The position numbers were made by a program, and so were the translations under genes. A DNA stretch of 64,000 bases. It comes from Dirinaria sp. TL-2023a (taxonomy: Eukaryota). Each line of letters begins with the position of its first letter. Within the stretch, counting starts at the first letter, position 1. The notes under the pieces were generated by a model. It was not told the origin of the DNA. It made no database searches and was given only the letters and a program-made list of their open reading frames with translations. Location: NCBI GenBank assembly GCA_051941275.1, contig JAVEBF010000002.1, positions 1 to 64,000 on the forward strand, in the 5' to 3' direction. Positions 50,354 to 62,716 of this stretch are shown in pieces.

Positions 50354-51140
50354 GCATACCACTGCAGATACTCTAACGGCCTATCTCATCACCACCCAGC
50401 CCCAGCATCTTTATTGAGCACATTGTCTTTCCAACCCCATGCCATCCCATACGCAGCATTCGTGAGGTCGACTCGTGGCACTTGTTGCCAGTCCCTTTGT
50501 GGATGTCCCTCCGATGCGCCAGCACCAGCGACCCCCCTAGCTAGCGAGCGATTTCAAATAGCGAATAGAAAAATAAAAAAGCCTCACGGCACCAAAAAAA
50601 CAAAGTCCCGCTGCTATAGTGACCGTGATCTAGTCTTATCAACTGGGGGAAGAATCATTCCATCGCTGCTTCCTTTAGTAGTCAGCCCTTTGAAGATTTC
50701 ACTCATTATTTGATATTACTTTTCTGATCCGTCAACATTAATCCTGATCCGTAAGGCGATGCACAGTTAAGCACGTAAATTAGTGGAAAAGACCCGAGCG
50801 ATAGCTTAATAAGGTAGAGTGTCCGCAGCCTAATGCCATATCAAATTGACAAAGGAAACCAATCTACAGAAGCTATGTGTGCATGTGTTGAGTCATACAT
50901 AGCAGTAATAAAAAAGAAGAGAGGCTTACAAGCTTAGTACACTAATTTCGAAAGACCTGCAACCTCACAGCAGTATCAAGTGTCAAGCAGTGTCTAGTGT
51001 GCAAGCAGGACAAAAAACTTGGACGCCTATAGCTCAAGCATCTACAGGACGACTACATATTATGTTTGAAAACTTGTTGAGAAGCTATTGGTATGAGTAG
51101 GCGTTTGTAGAGGTTTTCGTTCGCTGCTGTCCTTTGATCG

Positions 51141-52883
51141 TCATCCCTCATCACTACCGTAATCGGCTGCATATTCCATGACGATCCATTCGCAAAACCT
51201 GTTCCAGTCACTTGTCCACTCTCGGAGCCGTTGTGCACGAACGCCCTGACCGTATACTCCATCTTTGACGTCCTTGGTCCATTCTTTGGTGCTCTGATCT
51301 GGGGCATATGCTGCATATTTAACGCTATTCTCTGCCAAAGAACCAAGTCCCTCAAGCCCTAGGTTCTCCCACCCTTGTAAAGCTTGCCAGAAATCATGCG
51401 TCATCCCATTCTTTCCATGACCCAGAATCGCCGGATCGTCATTGCACAATGCAGCGGGGATACCGCGAGCTAGCAGCGCGGGCAATGGATGAGACTTGAT
51501 GGAGTTTGTTAGGCGCAGCACCTCATTAGAGATGGGGCAAACCTCGACGAGGATCCTCTTCTGTTTAATCATTTCCACAAGCAGAGGATGCTTGTATAGC
51601 GAGAAACCATGGCCTATGCGCCGTGTTCCAAGAAGTACTGCATCAAACAGATTTTGGTCGGTCTCGTCTCCGTCGCCAAGACATTCCCCAGCATGGAAGA
51701 AGTAGGGGATTTCCACGCCCTCTTCTAAGCAACGTTTACGAAACCAAAACAACTCAGGTGTCAGGTCTGCAAGCGGCCTTCCTAGGTCCTCCTGGCCCAC
51801 AACGTCGAAGCCCGCAATGACATCTGGGTACGCTTTCTTGATCGAGACACATTGCTTCATACTTTGCACAATCGATTCCTTGTTCCCTGAACGAAGAGTG
51901 GTCCAGATCATACGACAACCCCAAAATGAGCTGCCTTCGTTCGTCAATTTAAAATTTTCAATTTCCTCCTCGAGAATTCTGAAGAAGTCCTCATAATTCT
52001 CAGCTGGAGCTTCTAATCCCGCCAAACGGAACGGGAAAATAAATGCGGCACGAAAGTCTGCCCATCTAATGCCGTCGTTAACCAATTCTTGTAGCAAGCG
52101 CTGTATTGCGGCACGAAAGATAGGCTCGTAGAATAGTATTGATCCTATAACCCTGAAACAGGTTGTAAATTTTCGCCACACAGCATCAATGCCATGATGA
52201 TAGTCCATTGATTCTTCAAAGGTGATGGTCATCCTGCTCTTCAGCCAGGTTTTGAAACCAGACCGCCCACCTTCGGGGAAACTGTCTGCGGCTAAAGCAA
52301 CTGATACCAATCGATTGACTTCATAATTCTCCTTCCAGATTGACGCTGTATGAGCTTCGGTTGCCATCGTGTACTGGAAGACCACAGCTCCTTTCTTTCG
52401 CGCCTCGGGAGTGCATAGCGCCTGATCAGCCATCACTGCTATCCCGTCTGTATTCAATGCTTGCTCTATAAGCCATTCTGTATCGATCATTGCGTCTAAG
52501 TGACAATGCAAAAGCGCTCCTTTGGGCATTTTCTTAAGTATCTCCCATGTTTTCGTTTTCTCCGCTCTCTCTTTCGCTAGTGCGAACATCATGCCCGGGA
52601 AATAACTTACGCCTTGATGTTTGGCTAACTCACGCTCGAATTCGTCTGTCCAGATGATCCGATGTTCTTCTGCGCGGATACGGGCGACTATGGCACAAGC
52701 CTCTGCCGCTAGGGGCGTGAGTGATTGCCGGAAACTGTAGTCGCTGCGTTGCGCTTTCTCCTGGTCGATGAGAGCTTCACGGCCCTGGAGGTACTGCTGA
52801 ATGAATTGATCGGAGAACTGAGGAAGACCATCTTCGATCTCCCACTCTGGTATGTCTTGTCCGAAATCAGGCTCTGAAGCCAT
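51141..52883 (-). CDS. Adenosine deaminase family protein (ADGF/CECR1-like)
   Basis: MPKGALLHCHLDAM, AGFDVVGQED, FFHAGE, RRIGHG, EVCPISN and NDDP motifs. Start MASEPD at 52883. Confidence 0.92.
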   Translation of the reverse strand: MASEPDFGQDIPEWEIEDGLPQFSDQFIQQYLQGREALIDQEKAQRSDYSFRQSLTPLAAEACAIVARIRAEEHRIIWTDEFERELAKHQGVSYFPGMMFALAKERAEKTKTWEILKKMPKGALLHCHLDAMIDTEWLIEQALNTDGIAVMADQALCTPEARKKGAVVFQYTMATEAHTASIWKENYEVNRLVSVALAADSFPEGGRSGFKTWLKSRMTITFEESMDYHHGIDAVWRKFTTCFRVIGSILFYEPIFRAAIQRLLQELVNDGIRWADFRAAFIFPFRLAGLEAPAENYEDFFRILEEEIENFKLTNEGSSFWGCRMIWTTLRSGNKESIVQSMKQCVSIKKAYPDVIAGFDVVGQEDLGRPLADLTPELFWFRKRCLEEGVEIPYFFHAGECLGDGDETDQNLFDAVLLGTRRIGHGFSLYKHPLLVEMIKQKRILVEVCPISNEVLRLTNSIKSHPLPALLARGIPAALCNDDPAILGHGKNGMTHDFWQALQGWENLGLEGLGSLAENSVKYAAYAPDQSTKEWTKDVKDGVYGQGVRAQRLREWTSDWNRFCEWIVMEYAADYGSDEG

Positions 52884-54172
52884 AAGTGAGGGGCAGTAGT
52901 TGAAGGCTCGCTGTTGCCTAGCGAACTGCCTCTCGCTTGACAAGAACTTCTAAACGTAGGGGCTGAACTAGGAAATAGGAGATGAAAGCTAGAGAAGAAT
53001 GAACGAAACCGTTCTTGAATGCCTTCGGACGGAGAAGTTAGGGCTCGTCAGAGAGGCACGGCCGAGAATAGCCTTCATCAATCAACGTAAATAGCTCCCA
53101 GAACCATTAAAGATTTCATAAGGGTATATTTCAGTGTTCACACAAGCAGTCCTTTTTGAGAGTCAAGGATGCAAGTCCCGTTCTTGGTGTGGAGCCGCTC
53201 GGATTCAACCTTGGATAGTATGCGTGGGATAATTTATGCCTTCTCGATCATTGTAGAGAGACTTTTCATATGTCGGAGTAGCACACTTGTTGCATTCATT
53301 CAAGCATTTTGCCTACTGTACAGTATGTACCTTGGCTTGCTTAAGGTAGGTAAGGAGAGCGCAAAGTCACGTGACACTTGCTCGGCAGTTTAAGTCTGTA
53401 TAGCGTGGGGGGACTTGGTGGGTCATTGATTACCCACGGTTTAACATCTTCTACTGAATACAATCCCGGATTGCTACCTGTTAAAGTATTATTATTGTAC
53501 TTTGATGAGAACTTTCACCTTCATGTACATTAAATTATGTACGCAGTAGACAAACCGGTCTTGGCGTACATCGTAGCCAAGGCTTATCCTTCCTTGCCCC
53601 TATTGAAGTGCCTTGGTTGCCAAACGGCGGACGCTACCATTGCTACTTTGTACTGTAGGATTCTTTTCTGTAAAGGTACCTTACCTTGCCTCGCCTTAAA
53701 TTATCTTTATGTAACCTTACCTGGATGAAGCGGGCCTCAAATGCTATGGCAAATATCTACATGTCGAAAGTTAAGGTACCGTAGGTAGGTGCATTATTTC
53801 TTTATAATAATAATACTGGACAAAGAACACCTTCCTGTTTCGTACTCGAACCCCGTGACATCCTACATATGTAGAGTACTCAGACCTCGGCAATTGATAA
53901 GAGCTCAAATCGGTACATCTCCGAATCCCGTCGTCCAGCTTTCCCTAAATGAATTCGCCAATGAACTTGCAGCTCCCATCAAACTCTTGGTGCTGTGCAG
54001 CACTTGGCTTTTCAGGATGCACGAGTATGCGCCATCATGCGTCAATATATCTGTGCAACCTCTGCAACGGTATACTTTACTAAAGACCGATCATACCCCA
54101 CCAGCAGGAGCTATCATGTTCATTGCCTCCAAGTACTATTAACAGCTTACATTAGCATATTGCGCGAGCAGA

Positions 54173-56287
54173 ATGTCGATTTCACAAGATACCGAGCCCT
54201 CAGAGGACCACAATGCTTCAGCTCAGCATCACGTGGTGGAAAAGGACAGCGCTGCGCTAGAAAAGTCTCACGAGCATTTACATCGCTATTTGCACCATGC
54301 CGGGCATGCTGAGCAAGGTAGCAAGAACGAACCGGTCTACTCCGATGGCAACACGTTCGAGAAGGGCACGATTCAGCATCAGGAACCCCAAGACCCTGAA
54401 GTTGCCCGCAGACGTCACGTGGGGACTTCGAAGGCAGGCGGGGGTGTGAGAGATACGGAGAAGGGGGACATAGGCACCCTAGGGCTGGAAGAAGAGGATC
54501 CACAACCCAAGACGTTGTCGAACTTCTACCGGAGATATCGAATCTTCTTTCATCTCTTCGTCTGGTTGTTCTTCACAGGGTATGTGCTTCGTGGACACGA
54601 CCCAGACGGGCTGTTGCAGAGACTGATACAATCAAAGTTGGTGGATAGCAAGCCTTGTCCTTCACCGTAACGATCCTCTGAGCTCTCGTACCGGCTGGCT
54701 GAAGCCGTTCCTCCTCTATCTTGCCATCACCATTCGGCTGGTCTTCTTCCATATCTCAATCACCATTGTTACAAAGCCAATGCGTTGGGTGTGGAATAAT
54801 ACCGGTGTGAGATTCGCTGAAACGATTCCTGAAAGACTCAAAATCCCACTAGGCGCACTTCTCGTGATCGGTGTCATGCTCGTTGGTGGATTCGCAAGTC
54901 CAGAAACCCAGGATAATTCGCGGGCCAATCGTGCAGTGTCCTTGTTCGGGCTGGCAGTGATCATCGTAATTCTGTGGGCGACTTCGAGAGACCGGAAGAG
55001 GATTAAGTGGCACACCGTCATCGTAGGAATGCTAGTACAATTTATAGTCGCCTTGTTCGTGCTTCGGTCAGAGGCGGGCTGTATGAAGCCCGGACTGCTT
55101 CCTAAGGCTAGGCTAATTGGTAATAGACGATATCTTTGCCTTCGTTTCGGAGCTTGCTCGAGATGTTCTTGGCTTCGCTGATCTTGGTACATCTTTCCTG
55201 ACTGCAGACAGTGTCCCTAAATTGGGCTGGTTCTTGGTCACCGTCCTTCCAGCTATCATCTTCTTCGTGGCCTTAGTTCAGCTATTTTACTACCTTGGTG
55301 TGGTGCAATGGTTCATAGGCAAGTTTGCAGTCTTTTTCTTCTGGTCAATGCGCGTGTCAGGAGCCGAGGCGGTAGTGGCAGCCGCGTCTCCATTTATCGG
55401 TCAGGGAGAGTCTGCCATCCTCATCAAGCCGTTTGTTGCCCACACCACTCAGGCGGAACTGCATCAAATCATGTGCTCTGGTTTTGCGACTATTGCTGGA
55501 AGCGTGCTCGTGGCCTATATTGCGCTAGGTGTGAACGGTCAGGCACTAGTGTCGTCATGCATCATGAGCATTCCAGCCAGTCTAGCAATCAGCAAGCTTC
55601 GATACCCAGAAAGTGAGGAAACCCTTACAAATGGTCGAGTGGTGATCCCAGATGATGAAGAAGACCGGGCTGCGAATTCGCTTCACGCTTTCGCGAATGG
55701 TGCGTGGCTGGGCCTCAAGATCGCAGGCATGATTTTGGCTACATTGCTTTGCATTATTGCTCTACTCGGCCTTGCAGACGGCCTTCTGACGTGGTGGGGG
55801 AGGTACTTGAACATTAACAATCCTCCCTTGACTGTAGAGCTAATAGTTGGGTACATCTGTTACCCAGTCGCTTTCCTGTTGGGTGTCCCACGAAATGGCG
55901 ATTTGTTAAAAGTCGGGCAACTGATTGGTACCAAACTCATTGCCGTAAGTTATATCCACACAACGATCAGGTCTCATCTGAAAACCTCTTTAGAATGAAT
56001 TTGTGGCGTACACCAGACTTCAGACAGATCCATCATACGCCGATCTTTCTCCTCGTTCTCGCCTCATTGCAACGTACGCACTTTGTGGCTTCGCCAACAT
56101 TGGCTCGTTGGGTACACAGATTGGTGTGCTCTCCCAAATCGCTCCGAGCAGGAGTGGCGACGTAAGCAGACTGGCTATTTCGGCGTTGATTGCAGGTGCA
56201 TTAAGCACTCTCACCAGTGCCAGTATTGCGGGCTTGCTTGTTACGGATCAGGCTGCATACTTTACACCCAGTGCAGCGAGTCGATGA
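54173..56287 (+). CDS. cntA: Concentrative H+/nucleoside cotransporter (CNT/SLC28), 4 exons
   Basis: SGAEAVVAAASPFIGQGES, IMCSGFATIAGSVL, SKLRYPE, ATYALCGFANIGSLGTQIG. Introns at ~54580-54638, ~55081-55127 and ~55945-55993. Confidence 0.93.
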
Positions 56288-56466
56288 TGGCTCAAGCTAC
56301 CACTTCACGTTTAACGATTTTGCGATGTATGAGGAGCATCTTGCAATGACATGATAGCCTTTTCAATGGACTTCCACTTACTTGCGCTGCAATCATTGTA
56401 GCGAAAGCCGAGCAAAAAATGGATATGATGGTATCAGAGCCCAGCCCAATTACCAATTGAGACTTC

Positions 56467-56478
56467 CAGTCACGTGAC
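56467..56478 (+). promoter_or_regulatory. CAGTCACGTGAC: Homol-D-like element overlapping an E-box palindrome upstream of RPL31
   Basis: CAGTCAC core resembles the Homol-D ribosomal-protein promoter element; CCCTAC (Homol-E-like) occurs at ~56483 and ~56574. Confidence 0.4.
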
Positions 56479-56711
56479 TCAGCCCTACATCAAGCGAGCC
56501 CACATAGAAATTGGAAATTACTGAAGACATACGGTAATAAAGTACCTAAGGTGGCTTTGAACACTGAATTCTACCCTACACCAACTCCACCCAAAAAGAT
56601 CTTTACCACAATCCGATTCCCATCTTAGATTTCCGGCACGCAGGTGATTCATACCTTTGCCTTCGCCTTGCTTCCCTAGATTTACGCTGACAATCTGTCG
56701 CACCAGTCACC

Positions 56712-57449
56712 ATGCCGACCCAACAAACCAAGGCAAAAACCGCGGCTTCCAAGAAACCCACCGCCACCCGCTCCGCCATCGCCGACGTAGTTGCTCGCGA
56801 ATACACCATCCACCTGCATAAGCGAGTATGAAAGCCCATATCCCAATATCCATTACAGCCTTGTTCCCTGGACATGGCTGCCTGCGACCCTCAGAAGGGT
56901 CGCAAAATGCAAGAGGTGGAGAACGAGACGAGTGATTAGTTTGATGAAGTCCACAACAACCAAGGTTCCATCCGTTCGAGATGGGACATTTAGGACGGAA
57001 GACTGATTTTTCGTATTTGTCCGCGAATAGGTTCATGGCATAAGCTTCAAGAAGCGGGCGCCGCGGGCGATCAAGGAGATTAGGGAGTTTGCTGTTAAAG
57101 CTATGGTTCGTTCATATAGTCCCAAGTTCCCCTCCCATCTACTGCTCCATACCTACTGTGCTTCTGCAAATCCAAGATTTGGGCATGAGTGCGAGATGGC
57201 TCGTTCTCGGTGTCCTAAGCTCATCACGACGTTTCTATACAGGGCACCAAAGATGTTCGCCTGGACCCACAACTGAACAAGAAAGTCTGGGAGTCTGGGA
57301 TCAAAGGAGTGCCGTTTCGCCTGCGCGTACGGATATCGAGAAAGCGAAACGATGAAGAGGGTGCGAAGGAGAAGCTCTACAGCTACGTGCAGGCGGTCAA
57401 TGTCAAGAACCCGAAAGGGTTGAGTACGGTGCTCGTTGAGGAGACTTGA
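56712..57449 (+). CDS. RPL31: 60S ribosomal protein L31 (eL31), 3 exons
   Basis: [83 protein letters not shown]; introns 56826-57030 and ~57105-57243. Confidence 0.95.
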
Positions 57450-57777
57450 GTGATAAGGTGGATTGTGGTTTGTAAGACGAGGGAGCAGCTGCTTGCATGT
57501 TGTAGGTATTTCCTAGTACCAAAGTGATTGGTAGCCGCAACTGAAAGCTCTTATCTACGCCACCTTATTCCTACAAATAAAGTTTGACGCTGCAGCTGAT
57601 CGGACTGGAACTATCAAAGCTATGAATCGTACAGAACTTCGCTTAAAGAACAGACCTCAAACAATTTGGCTCTGGGGGTATTGTCTGTCCATCAAAACGC
57701 CGGAAACTGTGCACTATACCATGAAGCGTCTTACATTAATCTTTTCGACGGGCCCTCTGAACAGTCACAGTAGCCTT

Positions 57778-59465
57778 CTAGTCTCGCTTGAGCACCGCAT
57801 CCTGACATAGAACAGTAATATTTTTGAAGAAGCGTCTCCACTCTAATGGGTCACCCTTCGCCTTTACAAAGGTAATCTTACTCAGAGTTCCAAGTGCTCC
57901 TTGGATAGGCTCCATAACCACATCGCCGCTCAGCGGACAACGCCTTGTATCCTTAGCACGTATCTTGACCCAAGTCGGCCCGCTAGCGCCGTCAACAGTT
58001 GAATGCGGCATAGAAACTACAGGCACATTGAGCCGGTGTAAAGCATCGACAATGATCTGATGGAGGGGCGTGCGGTCCCATTGCGAGAAGAAGCTAGTGA
58101 ATGACCCGGATGAAGGGAGGATATCGCCAAATTTCCGAGCGAATTGTGTCCTGCTAATGGGTACTGCGGGCGTGCTGCTGAACTGAGACATTGATGGCTC
58201 GTCTGCAAGCCTCTCATCCCAGTTGGTACTGATCATCGAATTGTCCACTGTGGAAGCAGGCTGACTTGTGAAGACGGCATCTGTTGCAGCGACACGAAGA
58301 GGTCCATCTTGATCGGCAAAGTCGATATCTTCTACAAGAGCCTCTGGCTTTCTGGAAGAGATCCTCGCTTTTGAATCTTGGCAATCAATATCCATGGCAT
58401 CTGCAGAGCGTTGACTTCGTTGTGATTGCGAAGCTACGGGATCTTGGAGGAAATCAATCTTCATATTCTCGAACAACTGCGTGGCCAAGGGTACTGAGTT
58501 CTGCAACGTGCCGTCTGAGCTTAGATAGTCATTCTCCCGTGTGAACCATGGATGTTGTCGCACATCTGCTAAGGAGAAGCGACTCCCGGGCTCGACCCGC
58601 ATCATGCCACGGAGAAGCGACAGCGTCTCGATCGGTAAATTTTGCCATAGGTCGTCCGCAGGCCTTCCATTGCTAGTAACGTATTCATGAAACTCGTAGC
58701 TTGTGTCGAGTGGCTCATCCCAAGGCGTGTTACCAACGAGCAGGACAAAAAGCACGACCCCGCAGGACCATATATCCACAAGATCACCATAGTAGCCTGA
58801 TCCAAGCTCCTTCGCCAACTTTGTATCACATGTAACTACTTCTGGAGCAGTATACGGGGGACTTCCGCAGCTCGTCTTGCACAGCTTCTTGACGCCATTG
58901 TGCATGAACAGCGTCGCGAGCCCGAAATCTGCAATTTTGAGATTACCGTCGGCAGATAACAGGATATTCTCTGGTTTGATATCTCTATGTCCAACGCCCT
59001 TCGAATGCATGTAGCCCACAGCGCTAATTAATTGCGTGAAGTATAGATGCGCTATGTCTTCGCCGACTCCAACGTCGGACTCGATCTTGTCGAACAGGTC
59101 TCCGCCTTCGGCAAGTTCCATGGCAATCCACCGCCATGCCGGGTCTTCTCCGCACTGAAAAAATTGTATGATATTTGGATGGTACTGCAAGAAGCTATGG
59201 AGAGTGATTTCAAGGTTCAACTGCTTTGGCGTTACCCGACCGTGGCGTGTTGCATACTCTTTGTGGATGAACTTGACAGCGAAAACAGGCGTAGGCTGGT
59301 CGGTAGGGGCGGCTTTCTTGATACTGTCATTCAGCACTCAGTTCATAGTGCTTCCGCCTGGAAATTTGTGGCTTACCAAGCATATGCCCCTTGCCCGATA
59401 GTCTTGGAGACTATTCTGAATGGAAGCTTGCTGGGTAAGGGCGCCAATTGCGAGTGGGCTATCAT
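57778..59465 (-). CDS. chk1: Serine/threonine checkpoint kinase Chk1, 2 exons
   Basis: IGQGAYA, FAVKFIHK, HRDIKPEN, DFGLAT, CGSPPYTAPE, and the Chk1 C-terminal KGDPLEWRRFFK motif. Confidence 0.93.
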
Positions 59466-59950
59466 GATGGATGCCCTCCAAGGCTCCAACTGTTACAAAG
59501 TTAAGCGGAACCACTTTGTGCTATGGCATGAGTGTTCTGTTAGGGTCAAGCCCTCTGCAGAACCTCCGACACGTTCCTTAGTCCATATGACGCGTAACTG
59601 ACACGTCTTGGTCTCAGAGATGTGCTTCAGAAGCGATTACACTTGTGAGTGGTTCGACAACGGAGATAAGAACGTTGTCTGTAGCGCTCTCGCTTAAATC
59701 CGGGTGTTGCTAAGAGGTTACGGATGATCCCTCGGCTCTTTGTTTACCTTATCGCATGACAGATCCATCTTGCTGAACCTCAAATCCTTTGATCCCTCTC
59801 CAGAATACCATCAAGAGCCTTGTAGACCATAACTCATCTAGAAGCGCCGAACCGCTTCTCAATCCACAATAGGCTGAAAGATCTTATAATCAAGAGTCTG
59901 CTTGGAGAAGCTCCACAGCTGTCCTTCATTCTTCACATCGCTACTTCAGC

Positions 59951-60628
59951 ATGAACTACTCCATGGAGGATACCCAGAATTCCGCTCCGGGCCAGCCAAC
60001 ACCTCATGAAGCCTCAAAGCTCGTCTCTGCTTCGAGACGTAATGATGTGCAGAGTGTGACAAAGCGGTAATGCCTAGAAAAAATATATGTTGAATCATGT
60101 TACTAATCCTTTTCTTCTAGCCTGCAGACAGAACTCATGCAACTGATGATGTCCTCTACGCCTGGTGTCTCTGCTTTTCCTGACGACCCTAACAACCTCC
60201 TTGCTTGGACCGCTACCATCGCTGGCCCAGCAGATACTCCATACGCAAATTTGACCCTGAAGTTATCCTTTGAGTTTCCTAACAACTACCCCTACGCTCC
60301 GCCTACTGTTCTCTTCAAGACCCCTATCTACCATCCCAACGTTGATTTTTCGGGGCGGATCTGCCTAGATATTCTTAAGGATAAGTGGAGTGCCGTGTAC
60401 AACGTATCAAGCGTGCTCTTAAGCCTTCAAAGTCTATTGGGAGAGCCGAATAAGTAAGTTCACCCTTCCCGAGGGAAGGCTTCCTTCTCCTCAGCGGTAG
60501 CCCTAGCCTAACGCCTCTCTTCCAGTGCAAGTCCTTTGAATGGTCAAGCAGCGGAGTTGTGGGACTCGGACCCAGCTGAATTTAAGAGGTTAGTGCTCGC
60601 CAGGCATAGGGACCTTGATGAGGAATGA
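59951..60628 (+). CDS. Ubiquitin-conjugating enzyme E2-C (UbcH10/Ubc11 type), 3 exons
   Basis: [60 protein letters not shown]. Confidence 0.92.
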
Positions 60629-61842
60629 TCGTCCTTTGCGGGTCCAACGTTCCTCGAGCAATTCTCTTAATGACGGGTTTTGCGTCTTTAATAAGCCGAT
60701 GTTAATACGTTAGCATTGTGGCCAGGGGCGTGGCTCTGCAAGAGGTGGAGTTTTTTGGTATGCAGAGAAAGGTGTTACACAACCTTGCTAGAGCGAATTG
60801 AAAAGCTCTGACGATAGCAAGGTTTCCTACATTGCACAATTAACGTTCCCACTGATTTTTCTCCACGCTAAAACTCAAGTCTGATATCAAAATGGACTAG
60901 TGAACATCGGTTCAAAAGAACAGTGTAGATTGAGCAAAGGCTTACACTTCAAAAACTCCAGTGCGGCTGCCCAAGTAAGAGAAATGTATTGTACTTTAAG
61001 CCATGAAATTCACAGTAAGCAGCAGTCCTAGTTGTGGACCTGCCTCATGCAGGCAACCCAAAAAAAGACTTTGATAGGTACGAAAGGATGCGCGTGTGAT
61101 CTATCACGGCAAGTACTGTCCTCTATTCACTTTTCAGTGTTACGAAGTGAGGTTGCAGACAGCCGTTCCAAAAAAGTGCGACCTATTCTTGCATCATGAG
61201 TAAGTCGGCAGGTCATCGTAATACGGCTGAGCATACAGTGCCAAACTCGAAGAATACCTACGACGCACAAGCTTAAAATCTGATGCATTGGCCATTACAG
61301 TCCCTGTAACTCTACTCTCAGATGAGGTATTGAGTCAGTAGCATGAGGGTTTCAATCGCTAAGAGAATATGTAAAAACATATTTGACAGTAATGGAAATC
61401 ATCCACCATTACTGTCGCACCGGTGAATGTTGTGTATTGGCGAAATCTTGAGTCTGCAGCAGCCTCTTCCTGCCCGGACCTCTCCTCTAATGTTACATAC
61501 TCTATAACAGGTGCTTTGAGACTAGCAGCTTCTTTCTAATGGCCGATTTACCTCCTGCTCGTTTGTTCGGCCTGCGATGAAGCCTCGACTACGAGTACGT
61601 TTCCTTGGCAGGTTTCTCTGGAGAAATGTCAATTCAGAAAAGATTGGCCTTTAGCCACGCTTACCCCAATGCTTCTGGAATAAGTTTTCACAGATGAAGA
61701 TACCAATGATAACGCCCCATGGTGCTCCTTAGGGTAAACCATTGTGTAGGAACTCCGCTCTGCACGCGTACGATATCTTCTTCTCTGTGAATTAAAGGGT
61801 ATTTCTAAGGACAAAGTTCCGGTTGTATGCCCGCACGACGCT

Positions 61843-62301
61843 TCAGTGCTCGCCATCCGGAACTTCTCCTCTAAGGAGCGTAGTGCGTTCTTCACGACCC
61901 TTATCCGCGGCCTCCACCTCGTCTATTCCCTCATAAGCGTTGAAGTGTGGAGCCTCAAAATACTTCATCCTCAGCCGAGGATCCACGGCGCCACCTTGCC
62001 TCTCAATAATCTCTATCATCTTCCTGCCTTCCTTAAGCTGAGCGTGTCCGTATTCGACGAGTCTTTCCAAGACCAATGCTTCGCTCCTTGCTTTACCCTT
62101 TGCGTCCGGTACTATTTCCGAGAGCCTATCAAATTGTGACCTCAAGAAGTTTCGCCGGTTTTGCTCCGAAGTAATATGATTCGTTTTCTTTTGATCATGC
62201 GTCAAGCGAGGTTTATCGGCCTCTCGTTGTCTTTGCAAATGAGCCTGACTATCAGGTGAATTCGATACTGGAGATGCGGGCATCTTTTCTGAGCGAGACA
62301 T
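61843..62301 (-). CDS. Small bHLH transcription factor (Ino4/Mlx-like)
   Basis: KPRLTHDQKKTNHITSEQNRRNFLRSQFDRLSEIVP...RSEALVL basic-HLH motif. Confidence 0.85.
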   Translation of the reverse strand: MSRSEKMPASPVSNSPDSQAHLQRQREADKPRLTHDQKKTNHITSEQNRRNFLRSQFDRLSEIVPDAKGKARSEALVLERLVEYGHAQLKEGRKMIEIIERQGGAVDPRLRMKYFEAPHFNAYEGIDEVEAADKGREERTTLLRGEVPDGEH

Positions 62302-62552
62302 TAAAACTGAGCTGGGAGCTGCCTCATCGTTGTGTGAAGAATCGAAGGTTAAGGTAGGGATCCCAACGATGAAAGCGGCAGAGTGATTAATTTAGATTCG
62401 CAAAAGAATCCTTAAAGGTCTACCTTTAGGGCTAGGGGTGGGACTACCTAAGGTAATCTTACATAAGGTATGCTACGGTACCGTAATGTATCTCTTCTGT
62501 AAGGTATCTTACCGTACCTCAGTAGGTATCTCATCCACTCGAGCCAATTTTG

Positions 62553-62558
62553 GAGTCA
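62553..62558 (-). promoter_or_regulatory. TGACTC (Gcn4/CpcA response element) upstream of HIS4
   Basis: GAGTCA on + strand ~160 nt before the ATG of a histidine biosynthesis gene; a single short motif. Confidence 0.45.
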
Positions 62559-62716
62559 CGAGGTGGGTTAAATCATCTAATCAAGTCAGATTTTCACTGC
62601 AATTGGTCTTCAGCATGACCATAGAATAAGATGCGCAGCCCCATTTTTTTGATAGCAATTGTGTGCTACCCTTGACAAGGAAACTAGCAGAACACTTCAG
62701 AGGCCAAGTGGCGGAG

